A DNA stretch of 64,000 bases from Chrysomallon squamiferum (taxonomy: Eukaryota; Animalia; Mollusca): contig CM022671.1 in the NCBI GenBank assembly GCA_012295275.1, positions 3,410,001 through 3,474,000 on the forward strand, written 5' to 3'. Positions 26,246 to 41,679 of the stretch are shown piece after piece (position 1 is the stretch's first letter; every line of letters starts with the position of its first letter). The position numbers were made by a program, and so were the translations under genes. The notes beneath the pieces are model-generated. The model worked only from the letters and a program-made list of their open reading frames with translations. It made no database searches and had not been told where the DNA came from.

Positions 26246-27673
26246 AAAATCTACAATACATTTTATGCCTATATATTTGCATACTTAAAATGTTTTATTC
26301 CACAAACAGCATAGAGAAATACTTAAACTATATAAAATGTTTATTTTTATACTTAGTTACAATATAATTTTCTTTTATTGTTGTTATTCTTTCTTCTTAT
26401 TTTTATTTGACATGCAGTTTTTCCATTACAGATTCAACATTAAGTTTATTTAGTTAAAAATCTACTGTGGGCTTAGAACAGTACATTATGATGTTAATTA
26501 TTTCACCATTGATTTTCCTATTCAATTTTATTACAATGTGAAGACACCAGTAAGTTTCAAAATGTTAACCAAATTGTTAAATTTAGATTAAAAAATGTAC
26601 ACAGAAATTTCTTATTTTATCTGTAAAACTTACACAATGCATTTTTATTGTTCTGTGGTGGTAAAGTATTACAAATTTATAAAATCAGTTTAGACTGCTA
26701 CAGTCTTTTTATAGTATGTTTGTATTTGATGATAATCTCACACTATCAAAAACTTATTTAATACATGTTTAGAAATTTTAATTTGTTTATAATCTTAGGT
26801 AATCAGTAAATAATATATATCTATACATACATTTTTTTTTTTTTTTTTTTATTTTTTTTTTTTTTTCTTCTGGGATATTTCTAGATTTTTAATGAATAAA
26901 TAAATTTATTTTACATTTACATAACTTTATTATTATCTAACACAATGACTAAATATAATATTTATACAACAAATTTCGCAGTATTACTAATTCATTTGAA
27001 AATAAATATCATGAAAATTGTTTAAATTAATATTTAATTTGAACAGAGGAACAACAAATTCATGTGCATGTGTTTTTGTTTTTTTTTTTTTTTTTTTTTT
27101 TACTTTTTTCTTCTGGAAGTAATTATAAATATTAAATGGCTGTTTACTTCTCTGCATGTAAGAGAAGAGAAACTAGCTGGTTTCTGCCTGTACCTGCACA
27201 TTAGTTTTAATAACGTATGTTGTTTCTATAACAAGGCTAATGAAAACTCCAGGCTTCGTACTGTGTGCTGGTGAACACAATGATGTTTTCAGGTAAACAG
27301 CTGGCTTCATGAAAAACACATTATTTTCATCTCATTTGTTTTACTATATTGTTATTCATGTTATTGTTGTTACTGTTGTTGTAGTTGTTGTTGCTGATAT
27401 ACGTACTATTACTTGTTATTATTAAAATATACTGCTATTATAACACAGTTTTATTAGTACTACATTATATTTATGGTAACAGTTCTTTTCTTCTTCTTTT
27501 TTCTTCTTATTATTATTTAATTTTTGATGTTATTTTTATTTTTTTTTTTTGGATTTAAATATTAAAATAGTGATGGCAGTTTGTTATTAATGTTTTGTAC
27601 TAGTTTAAATAATTATTAGTTTCATTTTTTTTTTACAAATGTAATTCATGTTATCGTTTGTATGAGTTAACGT

Positions 27674-27723
<50 letters not shown>

Positions 27724-28766
27724 ACATACAGATAACAATCATATACTGCTGTAAAATATTATTTCTTCATTCTTCTACTTATGAATAAAAAGAACTCTTC
27801 ACAAAAAGAAAGTATCAATAACTTTAAACAACCATTCTGTTTAATAAACAAATACCAGAACTTAAATAAATTTTAATCAGAAATTGCCCTTTTTAACCCA
27901 AAACAATGAAATAAAATAAGCTGACTTTGCTGAAAACAAAAATAACAATAATAATAAAAAAAAAATAAAAAAAAAAAAATTTAAAAAAAAGCTACAAAAA
28001 TCCTCAGAATGTCCACAATCTATTCTAAGCACAGTGAATAACTCAATTCACCTCATTTTTGTTTGTTTGTGAAAAACATGAACATCTCACACACAGCGGT
28101 TCAAGTAAAAAGAACAAAAAACGAGCTGAGCAGTTAGATTTGTTGAGTTAGTTACGTAAGCGAGTTAGTGGGGAGGTAACTGAGGGTTGAGTAAGTGGAT
28201 TAGTGGGTATGTAACATTATCAGCGAGGAAAACACAGTCAAAGCGGTCATTAGACAGGATGTTCACTCAGCAGTGTGGTAATCTCAGTCACTTTTACACC
28301 AGTGTCCACTACAGTGACCACTGTTAGACACAGACTGACCACTGTTAATGACCATCACCATCTGATCTTTAAAAAGTGACCATTACAACGTCTCCTCTGT
28401 AAAGTACAAATTGACCATTACAGGTGACCCATGTTCACCATAAACTGACCACTACAAAATACCACTATTCAATAGAAACCGACCATTTCAACTTGACCTT
28501 TGTTCAGTTCAAACTGACCGTTACAATCTGTCTTCATTAAAAAATGACCATTACAATCACACCCCTGTTCAGTGCTAACTGACCATTACAACAGACAAAA
28601 ATAATAATAATAATAATAATCAGAAGAAGAAGATGAAGAAGAAGAAAAGGAAGAAAAAATAGTTCCCTTAACAGTGTATTTTTGATTTTCCCACAAACCC
28701 AATCAGCAAATCCTGATATGAAATTTACTTCAAGTATTCAAGATATACATAAAGGCACAAAATATG

Positions 28767-29159
28767 GTTGTTAATGTACATAAGTATAGACATTGTTAAT
28801 GTATATCAGTATAAATGTTGTTAATGCACAGAAGTATAAATGTTATTAATGCACATAAGTATAAATGTTATTAATGCACCTAAGTATAAATGTTATTAAT
28901 GGACATAAGTACAAATGTTGTTAATGTACATAAGTACAAATGTTGTTAACGCACATAAGTATAAATGTTGTTAACGTAAATAAGTATAAATGTTGTTAAC
29001 GTAAATAAGTATAAATGTTGTTAACGTACATAAGTATGAATGTTGTTAATGTACAAAAGTATGAATGTTGTTAATGTACAAAAGTATAAATGTTGTTAAT
29101 GTAAATAAGTATAAATGTTGTTAATGTACAAAAGTATAAATGTTGTTAATGTAAATAAG
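28767..29159. repeat. 25-bp minisatellite, about 16 copies
   Basis: Unit taagtataaatgttgttaatgtaca with minor variants. Confidence 0.95.
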
Positions 29160-29569
29160 ACTATGAAATCTGTCCCAGAAGACTTGTCTCTTGATCAGAG
29201 ACTCTATCTGGTTTTCATGTATCAGTGTGGCAGATCCTTTGAGGCAGTTTTTACATTTGTAATTTGCACAAATGTCCTGTTTTCTCTGTGATCAGATATG
29301 GCTGCCTGACACAGAAATCTTGATGTATTGGTTATCTCTGTCATGTTTGCAACCATTATTACAGTCATTTATTAACACAGAAAAATAAACTGTGTTCATC
29401 AGTTATGTGTATGTAGGTTAGTATTATTGAAGTACGAAAAACAAAGACAAAAAAGAGAAAAAAAAAAAGAATAAAGGATAAAAAAGAAAAGAAGAAGTTA
29501 AAAAAAAAGAGAAGATAATAATGAAAACTCTATCATGGGTAAAATTGCTGACAGTGGGTTTTTTTTTCA

Positions 29570-29810
29570 ATGGTTTGATTATATTGCTGAGTCATGATGG
29601 TCACTGGGCGAGTTATTATCAGAGAATCCAATGTATCATTTCCTGTTCTGGCTGGTGCTCTGTCACTGGTTTATCAGAACCTGAGGTATGTGCTTTTCTG
29701 CCTGTGACAAGATAAAAGATCCCTTGCTGGTGTATATAAAAGAGTAACCCATATAGAAATCGGTGCCTTTACCCTCTATTTATCTGTAAGGTTTTCAACA
29801 CAATGCTGGC
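29570..29810 (+). mobile_element. Degenerate SINE-like interspersed repeat copy
   Basis: Contains atttcctgttctggctggtgctc...cactggtttatc...ggtatgtgc...taaaagatcccttgctg...AAAAGAGTAACCCAT, collinear with the reverse complement of 57754-58070. Confidence 0.6.
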
Positions 29811-29856
29811 AAAAAACCAAACTAAAACTCTTTTACACACACACACACACACACAC

Positions 29857-29887
<31 letters not shown>

Positions 29888-30395
29888 TATATATTCAAAC
29901 TATTGTTAAATATACATCATTAATATCCTTTTACCGTTCCGTTCATTTTACACACAGTAAATTATTTTCTTTTTTAAAATGTGATTAAAAGAAACTATTT
30001 AAATACAAATCTCCAACATTTTGATCTGAAATCAATGAGTCTCTAAATTCCATTACACTTAATTCTGCCCAGTTATAAACCAATCCAGGAAAGAATGTTG
30101 TTAAAATAACAAATTTCATTTTTTTTTGTTGCTTTAATCTGGACTCCAGGTAAAGCCGACAGCCATAAATTGGCTTTTGGAAATAGCAGTCTTAATGTTT
30201 AGATGAGAAACTGGGTGTTTTTTGAGAAAACATGTCTTAAGACTTTATGAACAGAAGTTTGAGGGGGCAGTGAATATGAAGTTGGCTCAGAGATGAAATA
30301 GAGTGAAAATAGATTGACAAACTTGTTGTTATTAACAGATTTAGCCTAATGCTTGTTATCAAATGTGTTTTCTTTTGATTATGTGAAAAAACTGA

Positions 30396-30433
<38 letters not shown>

Positions 30434-31441
30434 CAGACAGAGAAATACAGAGAGATAAACAATTAGAAAAATTCTTGTCAACAACCTTCTTTTTTTCACT
30501 TTTAATAACAATAAAAATTTCAAAAAGCTCAAAAAAATACAAGTCAGACATTTTGTCCACATCACTTGATCATGACTTTTGTACTGGCTACATACAGTGA
30601 ACAAAAGGACGAGTTCGTATAACATTAATTTTGAAAATAATCCACAGAAAAAAAAATAACGAAGGATATTAAATCTAACTTACTTATCTAACATGTAACT
30701 GGCCATTTGTATTCTCAGCCAGAAACAAACAGATATTCTTCACATGAGGGAACTAAGTAAGTCAGATCATGTGACCAGGTCAACGACCCCAGAGTGTTTC
30801 CTTCTGCTCTGTGTTTCCAGTAATATGTTTCCTTTTTGACTGTAAAATATTTTTCTAGAGAGGCTACAGCAAGCTTCATCTCAGAGACATCGTTAGTGTC
30901 AATTAAAACATATTTTGCAAGATATTTTCTTTCTTCTTAGATTTCCTATAATGTTGCTTCCATTTTTAATCGATAAATAGAGGGTGTCGCTGCATTTCAA
31001 ACACATCATTAGAAAATGTCAATTAAATTAATATTTTACAAGTTAGTTTCTGTCTTGTCTTGTATTTTCAGCCTGAAAATATATTAAATATTTAAATCAC
31101 ACAAATTTCCTTTTGCGATATAATAATACAGAACCTTTAAAATAGGATCACATTGAACAGCAGTCTGTCAAAGCAATTATCTCCAAGATTAATATGTTTC
31201 TTTGATATTTCCTTTCATCAATCCAACAGAATATTTAAGTAAGGTCAGTTGCTAAAGAAGCTATCAAAATTAGCATTATGTAGAAACCTTTTAGATTATA
31301 TCAGAGTTTTATAACTGTCATTTTCTTTTTTTTCCCAATAAATATCTCTGTTTAATTTTTCAGATATGACTGTTTTCTTTTAAAACTTTCATAGTCAAGA
31401 GGCCCTGCCAAGTAAATTGCAAATTCATGCATTAAGAGGAT

Positions 31442-31446
<5 letters not shown>

Positions 31447-31530
<84 letters not shown>
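31447..31530. repeat. (GA)n microsatellite
   Basis: Perfect GA tract of about 42 units. Confidence 0.97.
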
Positions 31531-31533
<3 letters not shown>

Positions 31534-31836
31534 GATAGATATAGAAAATGATTGTATGTGAGAAAGAGACAGAGAGAAAGTAAGAAATATAAAAATAATG
31601 ATAAGTAACTGTATATAAAAATATTGTAATTTAAAAAGACTCAAAGTAAATAAAACTCAGCAGTTAATGAGACCAAGACAAAAAGAATGCAAGTATGTGA
31701 AGAAAAGAGAGACAGAAACAGAGACAGAGTAAAATGAACATTTAAATGTTTAATAACAGACCTGCACAGAGATGACCTCAACAAAACAAAAATAATAACA
31801 ATTAATATAAATAATACTTATTGTTTTTGTATGCAA

Positions 31837-31985
31837 CAAACAGTAAAGTATGAATATAAAATGTACAGAAGAGAAAAAGAACAGGATAACAAGGCAAAGN
31901 TATTAAGAAAACAGTAAAGTATGAATATAAAACATACAGAACAGAAAAAGAACATGATTACAAGGCCAGGTATTAAGAAAACAGT
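31837..31985. repeat. About 70-bp tandem duplication containing the only N in the window (31900)
   Basis: aaacagtaaagtatgaatataaaa...agaaaaagaaca...acaaggc...tattaagaaaacagt occurs twice. Confidence 0.85.
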
Positions 31986-32841
31986 GGTATTGGGTGTCTG
32001 TGTGTGGTGTAGATAGAAACATGAAGACTGCATGTAACTGTCTACACAAAGCTTGTTAATCCAGGTAAGTTAGGATAAATATGCTGAAAATACACAGTTT
32101 CCACATGTTTGTTCAAGGTTAACACATGCTTCTGATTCTAACACAGTTTTTACATGTTTATGACCAAGATAAAACAACAATAATAATAATAAAAAAACAA
32201 AAAAACATGCACTTCAGAGAGTTTTGTTTTAGCAGTATCAACTCATTTTTTGTTTTAAATAATATAAGTTGAATGAGTAAGATAAAGAAAACAGAAATGA
32301 GAAGGAAAGAGAAAGATAAAGAAATGGAAAGAAAAAAGGAAGAAAACAGAAAGGAAAAGACGAAAGGAAAAAAAAAAAAGAAATGAAGTGATTTTAGAAA
32401 TCAATTGGAAACAGAGAAAAATTGCACAAGGGAAATGTGAACTGATGGGCCATGAAATGACTTTCTAATAGCTGCTATTATTCACTCCTGGGTGACTGTG
32501 AAGGATGTGTGTTAATGATTAAAAAACATAACAGAAGCATGGCAGGTCTTTGGATCAATCCTTCTCACAGGTCCCAGTGACCTGTTCCCCAACTGGTGAC
32601 ATGCCTAAATGATTTATAATAGTTCACAATCTACGTTTTCATATTGATAGGATTATGTGTGTAGAAGAACCCTTATTTGTTATCAGTAATAACTGTTCAC
32701 AGGTCCATTCATACATATATCATATTTCACTCCCAGGAGAACATTTGGTATCAACAAGCTCAAGTTATAATTACTATTTTGTTAATAACCTTTATGTTTT
32801 CCTAGTGATTTCATTGATTTTATGTACTTTAAAACCATAAA

Positions 32842-32884
<43 letters not shown>

Positions 32885-33354
32885 AACACACTCAAAACAG
32901 AACACTGGTGTAAATAATACTTTGTGATATGGAAAATTTTGAAAATAAGTAAATAATGAAGTTAATTAAATCACTCAAAAATGCACTGATTTTATATTAG
33001 CAATAATCTCGTGACAAAAAAAAAAAAACTAACATTTTCAATCAAAAATTGCCATTCTTACCACAATTTCTATATGAAACCTGTCATACAGGTGACACTG
33101 TTAACAGTGTACAGTCATTTAATTAGGAGTATGGAGGACAACAGAGATGATTAAGCTTCACACCCAAGGCTACCATGATGACTGTTAACTCTGTAAATAT
33201 GCTGCCAATCATAACACATAATTTCCAAGGTTATCATAAACAGGAACAGTAGAAATACCCAGCTGCCATTGATATCTTAAACTTATGTAGCTGGTTATTA
33301 CAAATATACTTGAATTTGACAGTAACAATACTTGGTTATTATGTATGTATGTGA

Positions 33355-33570
33355 TCTTGATACCGAGAATGCTATGTTACTATGGATAAAATTTTTACTA
33401 ATTTTTAAAATTTGATAGTAAGAATGCTAGGTCACTATGGATACTTTTGTATCTGATAGTGAGAATACTATACTAGGTTACTATGGACTTTTTTAAACTG
33501 ATAGTAAGAATGCTAGGATAACTATAGATATTTTTTAATCTGATATAGGAATACTAGACTGCTTTGGAAA
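33355..33570. repeat. Degenerate tandem repeat of about 40-55 bp
   Basis: Recurrent tgatagtaagaatgctagg(t/a)(c/t)actatgga blocks. Confidence 0.65.
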
Positions 33571-34869
33571 TTTTTGGTTGCTACAATGGTTACTTTAAAT
33601 ATTAAAAGTGGAAATTTTTTTATTTTATATTCACAGCAATGATAGACCAGTTATAAGATTTTGATAGAAAAAGGCCCTGGTTAGAATGAGAAATTAACAA
33701 ATTTTGTTAATGATGAGTACTGATCCTTTAATCTATCAGTCGATCACTATGTTACCAAGCAGTAGCCATTTTAATTTTGTTACAATCACAGCTCATACCA
33801 TGTTACAGTAATAGTTAACACTTGTGTATGTAGTGCGTAGAGACATAAATGGCTTCCTTTCTTTACGACACTCAAACAAAGAAAACATGCAAGTGAAGAT
33901 TTGTTGAGAATGCTGCAATGTGGGTAAAAGAATTTCACAACAATGTCATAAGCAACAAAAGTGGATGATTGCACTTCGTTATTTTTTTTTTTGATCGAAG
34001 GCTTGTTTTGTTTAACCTTTGACTAAAGGAAAGAATTTAAAAACACAAAATCAGAAAACATGGGGAAAAAGTAAAAAGAAGACAAACAAAATAAGATAAA
34101 ATAAAATAAAATGAAATAAAATAAAATAAATAAAAAAGAAGAAAAGAAAAGAAAGAAAGAAGAAAAAATAAGTGGCAAAAGAACATAAAAAATAACTTTC
34201 TTTCACTCTCTCTCTCACACATGTATACTTTATTCTCATTAAAAAATTAAATGTGGTCGGTTTATTTTCCTATTCATTGCATATTTGCATATATATGGAA
34301 AGATTTGTGCATATGAATAAAAAATAAAAATAAAATGTGAATAAAAATCATTTAAATTAAAGTTAATATTTATTCCTTACACACTGAATTACACAATGAA
34401 AAACAACAAAGTAGAGTTTTCAGTGCTACTCACTTCCAGAAGATTTCTGCCATTAAGCAAATCCCACTTCATCCATTCAACCTCCATCTGAACTCATTAA
34501 TCTATCGATATTCTTATTATTACTGTTATTATGATGTTATCCATTTTTATCACAATCAGGTATATATTAAATAGAACCCTTATTACCGTAGTAACAACAA
34601 TCATTATTGTTAAATAAAAACTTCATTATATTCTTTGTAATTAGTTTTGTAAGTTGTTATTATCATTAGCAAATTAAAAACAAAAAATTGGTATATTTCT
34701 CTGTCAGTCTATTTATATATCTATATATCTATATCAGTATCTATATCTATATCTATACATACATACATACAGATATTACAAAGTCACACACACACACACA
34801 CACACACACACTAATATAGACATAATACATAAATACATAGTCACCTGTAGATAGACAGACACACAGAAA

Positions 34870-34904
<35 letters not shown>

Positions 34905-37900
34905 ATATATAAATAAATAGATTAGATAGACTGACATAGAGACAACTAGATAGATAAATACACACATACAAACATATGTATGAAGACACACCTGTCAAAA
35001 AATTTCTACGTAAAACACAGACTGAAATAAATGTACTCTTGGAAATGAATAATGTAAATTTTAGATATAATGTTTTCACCTACATCAGGAAATACGTCAC
35101 ATTTAGTTTAACATTTAAAATCACATCTAATCAGAGACACCATTGTTCAAGTTCTAACAAAAAATAGAGAAGAAAAAAATATTTATGGATTTTACTTATT
35201 TTTTATATCTACTTCAAACCAAACAGAACTTTCTCAACAGAAATTCTTTTCTCTTTATTTCATATATATATAAGACTGGCTAAATGTAATGAAAGATCAA
35301 AAACAATATCTGTTTTAGCATAATGGACATGATAAATATATAACCAAGCATAAAAGAACATCACATAAGTGAATTATGATCTGCAAAATATGAACATAAA
35401 CATTGTTAAAGTTTTAAATCAAACTTGATTGAAGAACACATGCACATGGTTCTGTGTAACCCCCCACTAAATAATTTCCCATTACAACTCAATCACACAA
35501 CTGATGTCCAGAAGATGAGAGAATACAACTTTTTATTAAGGTAAAATGTATGCAAAAGACATTCAGTGCTAATCAATAGGTGAAGTCAGAGTTTCCTATT
35601 TCAAATACTGAATAAAAACATTTCTGAAATCTAATAACCGATATTACAAAAATGTACTTGTACATCATTAATCAAACATTCATTCATTGAGACAACAATA
35701 ATTCTGATCAACCTTTTAAAAAAAAAAAAAAAAAAAAAAATTAAACATTTTCTGAAGCCAGAGAAAACAAAAACGATGACCAGTTTGATAAATAACAAGA
35801 TGTAAAGGCTTTTCTGTGAGAAAACTTGCTGGTTTAATGAAATATTTTTTTTATCAAGTAGATGAGATGAGTGTTAAAGATGTCATTAAGGAGCTGAGTG
35901 GCAGCTTCAGGAGAAACAACACTAACTAGGAGAAGAATACTTCATGTGTGAATTGGAGAAAGAACGAGATGAATGTTTCAAGTTCTGTGAAAAACTATCA
36001 CATCTCAAGATGACTCTTAGTGTTTCCTGGAAGGGAAAAATGTAACCAGCAGCAAACATTCTGAGAAATAATTTTAAAATTAGGAATAAAGAATGTTTAA
36101 AAAGACAGGAAAAAAACCTCAGAAGAATGTATATGGTTAATGATGGAATAATACATCATAGTGTAAAATGGTAATTAGGTGACAAATTCATGCTGGTTTT
36201 ATAAGTGCTTTCACATAAATGTTTTCTGAGTAATCTCGTTTTATTATTTCAATCCTCTTTCTTTCTTTTTTTTTTTTTTCCTTCATCTGTTTCATTAACT
36301 AATGCATTCTTCTTTATATCTGTCAAATTATTGTTATTTTTTTTGTATAAATCCCTTCCTTTTTTTTTTTTTTTTCTTTCAGTTAATATCTTTTCTATAT
36401 CTCTTCCTTTTCTCTCTCAATTTCTCTGTCAAATTATTTAGAATCAGTTAAGTTGAGATCAAGCTTTAATTCTATGTACCATTTTCCTTCACAAATATTT
36501 TTATAAAACATTGTTAATAATCATTTCAAAAATCTATCACCATCATTAAACTGGATGATCATAAAGAGCCCCAGTTCTCTAATAATCATTCTTAATTAAG
36601 CCATTTATCAGTCACTGAGATTTTTCAGAAGCCATAAAAATGAGGTGATTTCTGTCACATATAATAAACCAGTCTGGGAGAAAGTTTAAACAGTGGCTGT
36701 AAATCAGAATCACCTGTAACCAGCACACCATGGACTGGATGTAAGTACACACATACATACACACAGACACAGCCAGCAGGGAAATTAGTAACGTAACAAG
36801 TAAATAAAAACTGTTGAAGAAGAGAAAATAAATTACAATAATAGTCATTGCTGGTGTAATAAAAAAAATACTGATATAGAATAGCTGCAGTAATAAAAAA
36901 AAAAAGTTTTTTTTTGTCAATATCTTAATAACGAGAAATGATTAACTCAGATTTGTGCTAGATGTTCAATAACTATGGAACCAAAAAAAAAGGTTAGATA
37001 AAAGCTTTAGTCACAGAAAATACTGAGAGTGTCTGACATTGTTTTTGTTTCAGAAATTCAAACTACCATGAAAATGAAATGATGTCTATTGTTTGTGACA
37101 TACAAATTTAGGTCAGCCATTCTCAATGGGGGCCGCAGACTGAAAAATGTGAGAAATGATTTTCAGTCTGTCTGTTTCAGTTTTATCTTCTTTTTGTTTG
37201 ACAGAAGACCATGAAACCTGAGAACAGTTCCTAAAAAAGTCAAGGCCAAAAAAAAAAAAAAAGATTGACAATCTGATTTAAATGTATATTCAACATGAAA
37301 ATTCTTTTACTAATAAACATACAACAAGTATGATACACTTTATGCTAACCAAATGTAGATTAAAAAAAACCTAGAAAAAACAACAGAATGATTAATGATG
37401 AATGTAATCATAAAACTGCACAATATATTTTGTTTATATACAAACCAGATGTAACATCAGATATTAAAATTATAAAAAGAAGAAATATTAAAAACAGCAA
37501 CTTATATAATTTTATACACAGTACTTCCTCAAAGAAACATGTCTTGATGCAAAGACTGATAAGAACCACTCAGCAAATAACAAAACACAACAAATAATTA
37601 ATCTTGTTTGTTATTTTCAACATTTCTTTTTTTACATACCCAGCACCAACCAAATAATTAATGATGTCATCAACAAAATTTTTAAAATTTATTTAATTAA
37701 TTTTTTCTCATTTTCAGCTCTGACATTTAGCACAAACCACCAAATTAGCAACAATATCATGAACGATCTAACAAAAAAAAAAAAAAATACATTTCAGATA
37801 ATTTAACTTGCGATACCCGACCACCAAAACAGTGCATGAACGACCTCCCTCAGTAGTAAAACAAGAAGATTAATTATTTTATAAATTAATTATTTGTCAC

Positions 37901-39591
37901 TTTCAATCGAGATTTGTACTCCAAACAGAGAGCTAACTAAAGCAATCTGGCTATTTGACTTTATTATCAATACAGTTATCAGTGACAGTGTCAAAGTAGT
38001 TGCAGTAATTTACGAGAGGCCTCCCATTCTGCTGCTGGACTCTGTAATTCAGTGGAAACAGTAAAGCCTCCACACTGAATGCTTGGCAGTGGTTTTACTA
38101 GTGACAGACAATAACTGAATAAAGCTGGAGTAAAGTGGATGAAACTGAGAGCAGGTTTAATAAGTAGTTTGTGTGTGCATGTACGAGGATGAACAGGTCT
38201 TGTTTGGTAAATGGAAAATAAAAAGTGTGTTGTTAATGTTCTTGGGAAATAGTTTTATTAATTACATGCATCAATAAGTGAATAAATCTGTAGTACAGAG
38301 TCACAGTGGTATTTATCTGCTAGTTTTAGTGTGTGTTTGTCTGTTTGTGTAACCAACAGACCAATGTGTCTATGTAACCATATACTAATGTGCCTGTGTA
38401 ACCACAAACTAATGGGATCTGACATACCTGTGTGTGTGTTCATGTAACTAACATACCAATGTTTCTGTTAGTAAATCCAGTGTTCACATTTTGGTGAATG
38501 TGACACCATCATGAGCCAGTTTGCAGCTACACTTTGAGAGTTGTCACAGAAACACTGTAATGAGAATAAAACACAGCACCTAGGGCATCCAGTTGTCATA
38601 CTTGCAATTAAAAAACCAAATTGGATAGATTTTTTTATTTTCCCTCTGCAGTATGTGAACTGTGTGTTGTACCACAGGCAAATGAAGCTATGTTTTGTTT
38701 TCTATCTAGTATCTCAACAGCTAAATTTTTATTCCTTACTACCGTGCGAAAATTTATTCTGTCTTGCAATTTTTAAATTTTTCTTATCTTGCTCTTCAGT
38801 CAAGGTTTGGTGGCTTCTTGACTAAAAATTTTCTGTTTGTCATTTATTGGAATTGGAATCATGATATCCTACAATAGCTAATTTTTTTCTTTTTTTTTTT
38901 TTCCAAATCTGTCATAGCTTCAAAAGCTATGTTTTCCCAACTGCAAGCTACTCTTATTACAGATATATCATGTTATAGGATATGGCCCTCATAATGAAAT
39001 GTAATATGATGCATGAAAAAAAAGCTAATAAAATCACCCAAAGCAATGTAGAGGACAATTTAACAATGGAAACCAGAAACAAAATAAGCCAAACAATTTA
39101 CTTATATTCTGAAAACCATATCAAATACCAGACTTGAAAAAAAAAAGATAAACAATAAAAGATTACAGCATGATTTGATACTGTTTTTGATTAAATCATT
39201 TTTATTTTTGTTTTATGAAGTTTTCATTATGAACTGTTTTATTCCTGTAAACTGTTTGCTTTAATTCATGTATGTTATTATGTAAAGTTCATGTTGTATT
39301 TACAATTAAAATAAAATTATCACTGAACATAGATGTATCTGTTTACATTTTGTACTAATGATTTCATCAAGTCAACACTGTTTAATGAAGCATTTGCAAG
39401 TTAAAAATCTTTTTTGTATGCTGAATTTTTATTATTATTATTATTTTTTTTTTGTTTGTAAAATTTATAAAGTCAATGTTAAAAAATCTATCTTTTTTTG
39501 TATATTGATTTTTTAATATTTTTTTTTTGGTAGTAGTTATGAACTCAATATTTTGCATTGTGCTATTTAAAATAGTCATGAACTTCACTTC

Positions 39592-39772
39592 AATAATAAT
39601 AATAACAATAATAATAATAATAATAATAATAAATAATAATAAAAAAACAACAACAATAATAATAATAATAATAATAATAAATAATAATATTAATATTAAT
39701 AATAACAATAATAATTATATTAATAATAATGATAATAATAAAAATATTAATAATAATAATAATAATAATATT
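39592..39772. repeat. (AAT)n imperfect microsatellite
   Basis: Long AAT/AAC tract; a perfect (AAT)n tract also lies at about 25922-25971. Confidence 0.93.
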
Positions 39773-41103
39773 GTGAAGAAGAAGATGATGATAATGATTT
39801 TGATGATAATAAATATTAAGATGTTATAATCATTAAAACTCCTAATAACAACAACAACAGCAAACAACAAACCAAGAAACTGCATAAATTAACAAATATA
39901 TCCAACAAATTTTTTACAAAATCTTTTCTACACTAAAATCTTAAGCATCTTCATCAGTAAAATTTTCAATTATTTATTTTTAAATGTTGGTTAACTGAAA
40001 CGTGATGAATTAACCGACATCAGATTATCAGAAACTCACTGGGTCTACTTTAAGTCAATATTAATTTCACACAAACATGACCACCACAGTGGACACTGAA
40101 CTGGTGATGCAAACAATGTTTCCACTTATCTGCGAGAAAACAGAACAGGTGTATCTGGATGTTCAGCAGTTTAATGGAGGCTGAGATACAGGGTTAATGA
40201 CTGCTGACTATTTAAGTAGAAAAACACTCTGGACAATGGTCAGCATGATAAATAAATAAGTTTTGATCGTGATAATGGAAAATGTTTGTTTTGCTACTTT
40301 CAAGTGATTGTTTTGTTAAATTAGCTTTTGTACATTTCAAAGTGATTTTTTTTATATATATATTTATGTTTAGTGGTAAAATATATATTTTTTACTTTTG
40401 AGTAATTATTTTGTTAAAATACAGGGCAATGTGATTTAAAAAATTTATGTTAGTGATGTATTTTCTGTGTTTTCAGGTGATTATTTTTATTGTTAAAGAA
40501 CGCCTACACTGACTGATTTAAAAAAAACACTGATGAATCTTGACGATGGTGTCTGTCTGTTCTCCAGTTATGCTTCTTCAAATGAGGCGATGCCAAGTGG
40601 AAAGTATCCACATTCAATGTGACAAACTGGGTTCAAACCCCATTAGTGCTTTTACAGGCTTTTTAACACTTGTTAGGACATCAAAATAGATTATCTTTGG
40701 TTGAGCATCTCTCTTCCAGAAACATTGTTTAAACCTTATATTCAGTTTCTTAATTTTAGTTTAACCTTGGTAGTGCCTAATTGCAAAAACTTTCTTCATT
40801 TATTTTTATATTTTTTAAAATTATTTAAAATAGAAACAGTGTTTTAAAAAGAAATAAACTTTAATACTAATGACAATAATTTTTTCCATATTGTTTTCAA
40901 AAATTAAAATACAATTTTGAAAAAAATAGAAAGTAAAATAATTGTAATAATATTAATAACATTGAAAATAAATAATTTAATACTTTTATTCTTTTATTCA
41001 TGCTTTATATTCTGAAAATACTATATATGTGTGTGTGCATGTGTGTGTTTGTGCATATATATATATATATATATATGAAAATAAACTTACACATATAGAG
41101 TTT

Positions 41104-41233
41104 ATTGTGAAAACTATTTTAATTATCATAATTAAACATTAAACAAAATATAATAAAAATAATTACATATTGTGAAAACTATTTTAATTATCATAATTAA
41201 ACATTAAACAAAATATAATAAAAATAATTACAC
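41104..41233. repeat. Near-perfect 65-bp tandem duplication
   Basis: attgtgaaaactattttaattatcataattaaacattaaacaaaatataataaaaataattaca at 41104 and 41169. Confidence 0.9.
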
Positions 41234-41679
41234 ACAAAAAATGAATTTAAAAAAACTAGTCTAATAAAAAATTACGAAACTGGTCTAAGTGTACACAATG
41301 ACTACTAACTCTCGGGGAAAACGAAGATTTAATTTTCAATGTCATTTCAGACACGAACAACGACATTAAACACAACCTCCTGAAACTCTGACCCTTCTCA
41401 ATCTATGATCGGAGTAAATTCACACAAAATAATCGCACCAATGCAGGCACAGTCTGTATTGGATTAAAACTAACACAATTTGCCCGTCTCAAAGAAGCAG
41501 GTTGGTGAATTAAGCAGATAATTACATGTGACAGTGGTAATAAAAAATTTATAACTTATTGCCCTGAGTATAGGAGACATGCAGACCATTTTCCAGTCTG
41601 TTGTCACTGGACACCAACAGAAAACAATGTGTCACCCTTACAGTGAAACGTAGATGAAGGATTTTGATATATAAATGTA

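Noticed and set aside
40625-40645. GGTTCAAACCCC B-box-like motif suggesting a tRNA gene
   Set aside because: No cloverleaf stems or A-box at the proper spacing could be built; at most a decayed SINE head.
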